DNA from: Candidatus Uhrbacteria bacterium
Lineage (GTDB): Bacteria; Patescibacteriota; Patescibacteriia; UBA9934; GWF2-40-263
DNA length: 64,000 bases
Assembly: GCA_023246355.1 (NCBI GenBank)
Contig: JAHFIQ010000001.1
Coordinates: 350,247-414,246, forward strand
Direction of reading: 5' to 3'
Shown: positions 57,874 to 64,000 of the stretch, piece after piece
How positions within the stretch are numbered: position 1 is the stretch's first letter
Layout: each line of letters starts with the position of its first letter
Notes under the pieces: model-generated
Seen by the model: the letters and a program-made list of their open reading frames with translations, nothing else
The model's database searches: none
What the model was told of the DNA's origin: nothing
Made by a program: the position numbers and the translations under genes

Positions 57874-58956
57874 TTAACCAGCCTTTCCTGAATTGGTCAA
57901 CACGATCAACTGTCCGCATGCAGCCGCGATGTCAGAGCCCATGGTGCGGCGGCGGGTGGCGGTGACGTTTCGATCCTCGAGCGCGGCGAGAAATTGTTTG
58001 ATAGTCGCGTCCTCACTGCATTCAAATTCAACGCCGGTGAGGTTGTAGGGAATGAGGTTCACACGCACATGGCCGATGCGGTTGACAAAATCGGCCAAGG
58101 CTTTGGCGTGGGCTGGTGTGTCGTTCACGTCTTTCAACATCACATACTCAAACGTGAGGTGATGACGTCGGTTGCCAAACAGTTCAAGATAGCGTTTTGC
58201 CCAGTCTTCCAGTTTGGGAAGAAAGTCATCGTAAGACGTGGGGACGATGTGTTTGCGGGTTGCCGCAATCGCGGAGTGAAGCGACACGGCCAGACGAATG
58301 TGTGGCCAGTCTTTGTCTGTCAGGATTTGTTCCAAACGTGGGAGCACACCAACCGTGGAAACCGTGATGCGGGTCTTGCCAAGGTCGGTGTGAGCAAGAA
58401 GCGTGTTGACGGAGTTCTTCACTTCTTCGTAGTTGGCAAGCGGCTCGCCCATGCCCATGTAGACGATGTTTGAAATACGGGCGGAGGTGGACAAGGTAGA
58501 TGAGGTGGACAAGTAGTTCATCCAAAAACGATATTGATCCACTATTTCGTCGACGGTAAGGCTGCGCGTGAGGCCCATTTTGCCGGTGGCGCAAAAACCG
58601 CATCGCATGGCACAGCCCACTTGCGAGGACACGCAAATCGTCCAGGCGCCTCGTGGATTTTTCATGAGGACAGTCTCGATCTCTTTATCGCCATCGACTT
58701 TCAAGAGCGCCTTATGTGTGTCGCCGTTCATGCTGATCTGAATCTGCTCAAGTGCGACCGTCATCCATGGAAGAGAAGCCAAACGGTCGCGCATGGATTT
58801 GGGAATGGTTGAGAGTTGACTCCAGTTTTGTGCATCAGAAAATAAACCTGCCTCGATTTGTTTCCATCGAAAAGCTGGCTCATCGGGAAAAAGCGTTTCA
58901 AATTGTGCACGGCGAGACAAAATCATAGGGCTAGAACATGACCGCGGTTGTCGCAC
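57874..58956 (-). CDS. rlmN: Dual-specificity 23S rRNA/tRNA (adenine-C2) methyltransferase RlmN (radical SAM)
   Basis: CVSSQVGCAMRCGFCATG gives CxxxCxxC; ...MGMGEPL...; characteristic RlmN N-terminal region (F..GE..FRA.Q...W). Confidence 0.85.
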   Translation of the reverse strand: MRQPRSCSSPMILSRRAQFETLFPDEPAFRWKQIEAGLFSDAQNWSQLSTIPKSMRDRLASLPWMTVALEQIQISMNGDTHKALLKVDGDKEIETVLMKNPRGAWTICVSSQVGCAMRCGFCATGKMGLTRSLTVDEIVDQYRFWMNYLSTSSTLSTSARISNIVYMGMGEPLANYEEVKNSVNTLLAHTDLGKTRITVSTVGVLPRLEQILTDKDWPHIRLAVSLHSAIAATRKHIVPTSYDDFLPKLEDWAKRYLELFGNRRHHLTFEYVMLKDVNDTPAHAKALADFVNRIGHVRVNLIPYNLTGVEFECSEDATIKQFLAALEDRNVTATRRRTMGSDIAAACGQLIVLTNSGKAG

Positions 58957-59917
58957 TCACGATATGTTGGGGCACGTCTGGATTTTGTGCACCGCCTTGT
59001 TCAGCAGCAGTTACGTAGATGCGTGCTCGGCCGTCCTCAAGAAAAACCATGACAGGATCGTGCAGCGAGCCGATGCCAAGATCGGAGAAATCCGATGGCT
59101 CCAAAAGAAGTCCGTCGGCTGCCCAGGTCACACCACCGTCGTCGCTCACAAACGAATACACCGAACCCTGTCGCATGGTGATCATCCAAAATCGTCCATC
59201 AGGCATGGCATAGACTTTTTGATCCACATGGGTTCCTCGCTGGCCATTTTTTTGTGCCGCCGCATCGTTCAAAATATCTGACGCCTCAAAGGTAAATGTC
59301 CAACCATTGTCCGTCGAGTAGGCGCGACGAAGATTATTAGCTCCATGTAAATCGCCCAAGTACGTCATCACCACGCCGCCCTTTGAGTCCACAAAAAAAT
59401 CAAACACACCCATGGAGTCATTGTCATCTGGCTGAGCAGAATAACGCACACCTTCATCATCGGTGTATGTGACCCCGTCCGTGGAAGAGCGCGAAGTCAA
59501 CTGTCCGCTCTCAACGCCCTTTGTCGCATCAAATCCATACGATCGAAACGTGCCATCCGGCAGTTTGATCGCACGAAAATCAGACAGGTTTTCCACGCGC
59601 TGTGCCTGTTCAAAATCAAGCCAGTCAGAATCCTCGCCTGCGGTCGCGATAAAATTTCCATGCTTTATTCGGTCTTCGTACATGAGTGAAACAATTCCAT
59701 CGTTGAGTTTCGCTCCGGGGTTCGATGCGTTTTCCACGCGATAACCCTCATCAGGGGTGAAGGATAGGCGCGCGTCGTCTGAGACGGCTGTGGCTTCGAC
59801 TTGGTCTGTGTTCGTATCCGAGACCGTTTCTTGCTGAGCCGAGGAACAGCCAAGTCCTGTGATGATGAGCGCAGACAAGAGCCAGGGGAGATGTTTCATA
59901 TGCGGGTACTTTATCAC
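58931..59917 (-). CDS. BNR/Asp-box repeat lipoprotein (sialidase-like beta-propeller)
   Basis: Lipoprotein signal MKHLPWLLSALIITGLGCSS; Asp-box motifs YSTDNGWTF and SDDGGVTW. Confidence 0.65.
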   Translation of the reverse strand: MIKYPHMKHLPWLLSALIITGLGCSSAQQETVSDTNTDQVEATAVSDDARLSFTPDEGYRVENASNPGAKLNDGIVSLMYEDRIKHGNFIATAGEDSDWLDFEQAQRVENLSDFRAIKLPDGTFRSYGFDATKGVESGQLTSRSSTDGVTYTDDEGVRYSAQPDDNDSMGVFDFFVDSKGGVVMTYLGDLHGANNLRRAYSTDNGWTFTFEASDILNDAAAQKNGQRGTHVDQKVYAMPDGRFWMITMRQGSVYSFVSDDGGVTWAADGLLLEPSDFSDLGIGSLHDPVMVFLEDGRARIYVTAAEQGGAQNPDVPQHIVSATTAVMF

Positions 59918-59958
59918 ATACCAAAACGATCTCCGTCTGGAGATCGTTGGATATTTTT

Positions 59959-60441
59959 CTATGCAGCTGGTTCCACGGGCGTTTCTACTGGAGTTTCAGC
60001 TGCGGCTTTTGCCGCTTCTGCTTCAGCCGCCTTTGCCGCCTCTGCTGCTTCCTTGGCAGCCTGGGCATCAGCTTTTTCTTTTTCAGCCGCCGCTTCTTTC
60101 TTTGCCTTGGCGTCCTCAGCTGCCTTCACCGCTTCTTCAGCCTTGGTGACGAGCGCGGCGCGGCGCGTGTCTGAGATATGACTCACACTGCGCTTTTTGT
60201 CATCGATAATTTTTTCGTCGATGAACAGATTCCACAAGGTGTTGCTGACCTCAGCACCTTGCCCGATCCAGTACTTCACGCGATCGGCTTTGACCACAAA
60301 TTCGTGTGGATGCTTGCGAGGATTGTAGTGACCAAGGATTTCAGTGGTGTTGGCCCAGGGATCGCGGTGCTTTGGCATGACCACGATGCGATAGACAGGT
60401 GCCCTGGATTTTCCAACACGGGAGAGACGAATAGAGAGCAT
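59959..60441 (-). CDS. rpsP: 30S ribosomal protein S16 with ~80-aa Ala/Lys/Glu-rich C-terminal extension
   Basis: MLSIRLSRVGKSRAPVYRIVV...HYNP is the S16 core (~80 aa), followed by a KAEEAVKAAEDAKAKKEAAAEKEKADAQAAKEAAEAAKAAEAEAAKAAAE tail. Confidence 0.85.
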   Translation of the reverse strand: MLSIRLSRVGKSRAPVYRIVVMPKHRDPWANTTEILGHYNPRKHPHEFVVKADRVKYWIGQGAEVSNTLWNLFIDEKIIDDKKRSVSHISDTRRAALVTKAEEAVKAAEDAKAKKEAAAEKEKADAQAAKEAAEAAKAAEAEAAKAAAETPVETPVEPAA

Positions 60442-60532
60442 AGATGTAAATGATGGTAGCCGCAGGCTTTAGCCTGCGTGCGATTGATGGGAGCAGTAAT
60501 GACGGTGCGGGCAATATAAGGGATGGGAGGTA

Positions 60533-61219
60533 TTGCGTCAAGCGATCATTGACATTTTGCCTTCTATGTGGCAGATTGATGACCTCAAGCAGGTGCTTGA
60601 GTCGGCTGTGGGTTCACAGCAACAGCCTTTGAAGGAGGATTCAGTGGAAGAAGGAAAGAAGTCTACTGTCGGTGGTTGGTTCATGGGATGCCTCAGCATC
60701 GCCGCTGGTCTCTCAGTGCTCTCGCTCGTCGGTCTCTTCATCTTCTGGCTCGGCTGGGTCAACTACGTCGAGAACTACCAGCTCGGCTACAAGTTCGACA
60801 CGCGTACGGGTGAGACGACCGTCTTGGATCGTACCGGCTACTTCGTGACACCGCCCTTCCTGGTGAAGATCCACACCATCGACCTTCGTCCCATGCAGGT
60901 GTGCATTTCCTCCAACGCCCGTGTGCTCAACTGCAAGCTGGTGCAGTTCAACAAGGACGGAGTCGAGCTGTTCATCTCCTGGCATGGTCGCAACGACTAC
61001 GAAGGTCCAGGAAGCAACAACGGCTCGAATCTGGATGACATCCTGGAAGCCTATGCCTACGAAGGCACGGGCAGGAGCTATCCGTTCCTCACCGTTTTGC
61101 GTGAGCTCAAGACCGCGGATCTCGAGACTGCAAGCGCAGTACCCAACCTGCTCACCCCGCCTGCGGCTGCTGCTCCGGTTCCGGTGGCGGTTCCGCAGGA
61201 GAACAGCGTGCCGCAGTGA
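60533..61219 (+). CDS. Hypothetical membrane-anchored protein, paralog A (high GC)
   Basis: One TM helix (GGWFMGCLSIAAGLSVLSLVGLFIFWLGWV) and a C-terminal domain sharing conserved positions with the next gene. Confidence 0.5.
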   Translation: MRQAIIDILPSMWQIDDLKQVLESAVGSQQQPLKEDSVEEGKKSTVGGWFMGCLSIAAGLSVLSLVGLFIFWLGWVNYVENYQLGYKFDTRTGETTVLDRTGYFVTPPFLVKIHTIDLRPMQVCISSNARVLNCKLVQFNKDGVELFISWHGRNDYEGPGSNNGSNLDDILEAYAYEGTGRSYPFLTVLRELKTADLETASAVPNLLTPPAAAAPVPVAVPQENSVPQ

Positions 61220-61671
61220 AACGAGAGCATCTCGTTCTTGTGGGAGTTGTGGCAGCGCATTTGCTCTTCGCCTTCTACCTCGGCTGCTTGCACTACACGC
61301 CACTGGGGTACGTCGGTGTCATGCGTCACACCTTCACCGGTGAGATCACGCTGGACCATCCAGGATGGAATCTCACTCCGCCGTGGGTCCGGGTGGCGAA
61401 AATCGACGCGCGTCCGATGCGGGTATGCATCACCTCCTCTGGCCGTGGCTACTCGTGCAAGCTCGTGCAGTTTCAACCCAGCGCCGTCCAGGAGTTCGTG
61501 AAGACCGAAGGGTTCTACTACTATTGGCTCGCCAACCGCATCTCGTTCAACTTCGGCTACGACGACGAGTACCGAGGCTTTCGGGACATCATGCGCGGCT
61601 ATGCCTACTCGCCGCATCGCTACCCGTTCCTCGTCGTGAAAGACGAGTACCAGGAAGAACCAGTACTCTGA
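61216..61671 (+). CDS. Hypothetical membrane-anchored protein, paralog B (high GC)
   Basis: Overlaps paralog A by 4 nt (ATGA). Shares GY.....F.GE...D..G...TPP...V..ID.RPM.VCI.S......CKLVQF......E........Y..........F..I...YAY......YPFL.V with it. Confidence 0.5.
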   Translation: MKREHLVLVGVVAAHLLFAFYLGCLHYTPLGYVGVMRHTFTGEITLDHPGWNLTPPWVRVAKIDARPMRVCITSSGRGYSCKLVQFQPSAVQEFVKTEGFYYYWLANRISFNFGYDDEYRGFRDIMRGYAYSPHRYPFLVVKDEYQEEPVL

Positions 61672-61935
61672 GACCTTCACGGGTCTCTTTTCAATTCTGC
61701 AGGGATCTCTGCAGTTCATTATTGAACTCAGGGTGCTGACGATTTTTTGCAGGGGGAAAAAATATTCATCACGTCCATTGACAACCTCGTGGTTTTCTGG
61801 CTAAATCACGGCACCACCAACAGTGGTTGTGTCTGGCGCGCAGACGAATCCACGTCTGAAAGGTTATATCATCCGTTCGAGCATTCGGCTCCGGCGGAAG
61901 GTGACGGCCCTCGCGTTTCACACAAGGAGTTCACC

Positions 61936-63276
61936 ATGTCCACCCAAGATCGGAATCAGCACGCGCTGCAACGTGTAGTGAAGTACCTCGCACCGCGTCT
62001 GTACGAGAACGAACCGCCGGCGGCCAACTCCGAACGCGCTCTGCGTGCACTCACCGGAGTCCTGGCCAGCAACCCGCCCTTCGTCATCGATGCGTTCGAC
62101 TTGGACGTTCCTGGTAGCGCCTACATCTGGGACGTGGCGATCTCGCCTACGGGGAAGATCGCAATCGTGGTCGGCATCCCGGAAGAAAGAACGGGGTGCT
62201 CCAATGCGCTGCTCACCACCTGGCCCAGGCCGAGCGGATACTCCGAATTTCACGGCTTGGGACCCGTGGATGACGACACAACGGTTCGTGCTCTGTTCCC
62301 AGAAGGTTCCAAGACGCCTGCGGTCATTTTTGGTGGACGACTCATCGGATGGGGAAACTGGACGCTCGAGCTGCCGTGGGCAGAGGAGAAGGAGGTTCCC
62401 AAGGACGCGTGTCTCACGCTCTGGGAGGACCGTGATCATCTGCAGCACGTGGCGTACCTGAATGAAGGTGAGATCGTCTACGAGATGAACGTGGTCGGTG
62501 CCTACTCAAAGCCCGCAGCACAGAATGTCCGCTGGATCGGACTGGTCGGCGGCAAACTCGGCTACATCCAGGTGAAGAACGGTCACGATGAACTTCACTG
62601 GAATTACATCCAAGCAAAGCTGCCGGAAGCGAGTCACAAGATCCTCCCGGGATCGATCAGTGTGATCGATGACGACGTTCTGCAATTCGTCACCCAGGGA
62701 AAAGCGTTCACGGCATTCCTGGCAACGCGTGACTCGCTGACCTCGAGTGACCCGATGCACATCTGTGTCTGGGGGGATGGGCACATCTTTGGATACCCCT
62801 ATCGTGCCGATACGGACAGAGATCCCGATCTCGTCTATGAGTTCGACATGACTGGTCACTGGGTCCCGGTTGCCAAATTGGACTACGACCTCTTCCGTGA
62901 TGTCCAGCAGCTGTTCGTTGAGGGTGAGCACTTCACTCTCGTCAATCCGAATGTCCACGGAGTGGGTCTTCTGTACGTCGGACACGCTGGTGATCTGAGT
63001 GTACGCACCATTCACATCTCACAAGGTCCCAAGACCGGTTTCGCTCGCGCCCACTCTGGGATCATCTACCAGACGGATGTCACTGGACTGGGCGGCTTCG
63101 TCTGGTCTGCGCTCGACAACCCGCCTGGCAAGCGACCGCTCACCGCGGTGTTTCCCAACTACGGTCGCTTCGACCAACTCGTCCCAGTGCAAGACGATCG
63201 CGGCAAGGCCATCATGGGCTGGGGCTACGCGGAAGGAACGTTCTGTGTGATTCGCTACCCGCTACCGACCCGGTAG
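61936..63276 (+). CDS. Hypothetical protein (high GC)
   Basis: 446 aa from MSTQDRNQ (the ORF track opens at 61747); no recognised motif; predicted soluble and beta-rich. Confidence 0.5.
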   Translation: MSTQDRNQHALQRVVKYLAPRLYENEPPAANSERALRALTGVLASNPPFVIDAFDLDVPGSAYIWDVAISPTGKIAIVVGIPEERTGCSNALLTTWPRPSGYSEFHGLGPVDDDTTVRALFPEGSKTPAVIFGGRLIGWGNWTLELPWAEEKEVPKDACLTLWEDRDHLQHVAYLNEGEIVYEMNVVGAYSKPAAQNVRWIGLVGGKLGYIQVKNGHDELHWNYIQAKLPEASHKILPGSISVIDDDVLQFVTQGKAFTAFLATRDSLTSSDPMHICVWGDGHIFGYPYRADTDRDPDLVYEFDMTGHWVPVAKLDYDLFRDVQQLFVEGEHFTLVNPNVHGVGLLYVGHAGDLSVRTIHISQGPKTGFARAHSGIIYQTDVTGLGGFVWSALDNPPGKRPLTAVFPNYGRFDQLVPVQDDRGKAIMGWGYAEGTFCVIRYPLPTR

Positions 63277-63357
63277 CGTACGGGCCATCTCTCACGAGGT
63301 GGCTTTTCTATTGACGCGAGTTGCTTTTTGAGATAGCGTGTTTTGCCTGGAGGACAG

Positions 63358-63912
63358 ATGAGCTTGGTCCTTGGTTTCGTTGGCTGGCCCTGCGCTGGTA
63401 AGGACGTCGCAGCCGAATATTTCAGAAGGCGTTACAGCGCCATGTGGTGGGGGCACTCAAACTTCATCCGTGCTCGCGCAGCCGAGATGAAGATCGAGTC
63501 GCCCACGACCGACCAGCTCTCTGCCTTGTTTGAAGCGAGGGCTTCTCACCAGGGCCATGGCTGGATCGCGAGGATCGTCTGTGATCGCGTGCGGAAGTTT
63601 CGCGAGGCAGAGCCCGAGACACTGGTGGTCATCACCGGCGTGCGCAACCTGGACGAGGTTGCACAGTACCGCACGCTTTCAGGGTTCAAGCTTGTCGAGC
63701 TGCGCGCAGATCGCGAGCTCCGATTCCAGCGATGGTGTGAACGTGCTCGTCCATCTGATGGACAACCCACACTGTCGCAGTTTGATGCGATCGAGCAGCT
63801 TGATGGCAACCGCAATGTCCCAGACGTGCTTGCTCTCACCGACCGCGTCGTAGAAAACAACGGCTCACTCGACGATTTTTACCGTGCACTCGAGACACTC
63901 GTAAAAACGTAA
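63358..63912 (+). CDS. Putative P-loop nucleotide/nucleoside kinase-like protein (high GC)
   Basis: N-terminal LVLGFVGWPCAGKDVAAEYF resembles a GxxxxGK(D/S/T) Walker A at the extreme N-terminus, as in small dNMP/dephospho-CoA kinase folds; VVITGVRNLDEV could be a Walker B-like strand. Confidence 0.4.
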   Translation: MSLVLGFVGWPCAGKDVAAEYFRRRYSAMWWGHSNFIRARAAEMKIESPTTDQLSALFEARASHQGHGWIARIVCDRVRKFREAEPETLVVITGVRNLDEVAQYRTLSGFKLVELRADRELRFQRWCERARPSDGQPTLSQFDAIEQLDGNRNVPDVLALTDRVVENNGSLDDFYRALETLVKT

Positions 63913-64000
63913 ACTCGCCGCCTCCAGCTAGGCGGTTTTCTGTTGCTTATTTTAGCCAAAATACTTCCTTTTCCTCTGCCTAAGGCCAGATACATTCTGC

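Overview
This 64-kb window comes from a small bacterial chromosome of roughly 48-52% G+C. Compact rpoB and rpoC, a 16S gene not linked to 23S, a type IV pilin, giant repeat-rich surface proteins and an O-antigen-ligase-like membrane protein with TPR repeats suggest a CPR/Patescibacteria-like organism; this assignment is low confidence.

The core genes are ordinary housekeeping genes:
- Translation and ribosome: ychF, rpsF-ssb-rpsR, epmA-efp, rpsP, trmD.
- Transcription: rpoB, rpoC.
- DNA recombination, repair and segregation: recA, ftsK, ruvC.
- Nucleotide synthesis: pyrB.
- RNA modification: rlmN, an RsmB-like methyltransferase.
- RNA genes: a 16S rRNA on the minus strand and at least seven tRNAs.

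Interspersed with these are at least seven blocks of visibly higher G+C with strong GC3 bias, filled with ORFans. This looks like mosaic horizontal acquisition.

The most striking block (37.25-41.43 kb) sits between rpoC and ruvC and is flanked by terminators. It encodes a complete prokaryotic ubiquitin-like conjugation cassette:
- a JAB/MPN (JAMM) metalloprotease;
- a ThiF/MoeB-type E1;
- an 89-aa beta-grasp Ubl ending in a free Gly-Gly, with a Lys-rich N-terminal tail;
- a 378-aa protein with a C-terminal UBC/E2-like HPH...GC motif;
- a leading 378-aa unknown protein.

This resembles Bil/6E-type anti-phage Ubl systems, but the long N-terminal extension on the E2-like protein and the extra lead gene are not explained by known architectures.

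Other notable observations:
- a 2179-aa protein with 3 tandem ~774-bp repeats and a duplicated C-terminal domain;
- a tRNA-like gene with a non-canonical anticodon arm, whose anticodon arm also occurs nearby as a permuted inverted copy;
- a membrane-anchored protein built from GDVSNIx heptad repeats;
- a tandem pair of paralogous membrane proteins;
- a GTAGCAAGTA inverted-repeat array between ftsK and a RodZ-like gene;
- a Phd/YefM-like gene with no toxin partner next to recA.

No CRISPR array, integrase or transposase was recognised.
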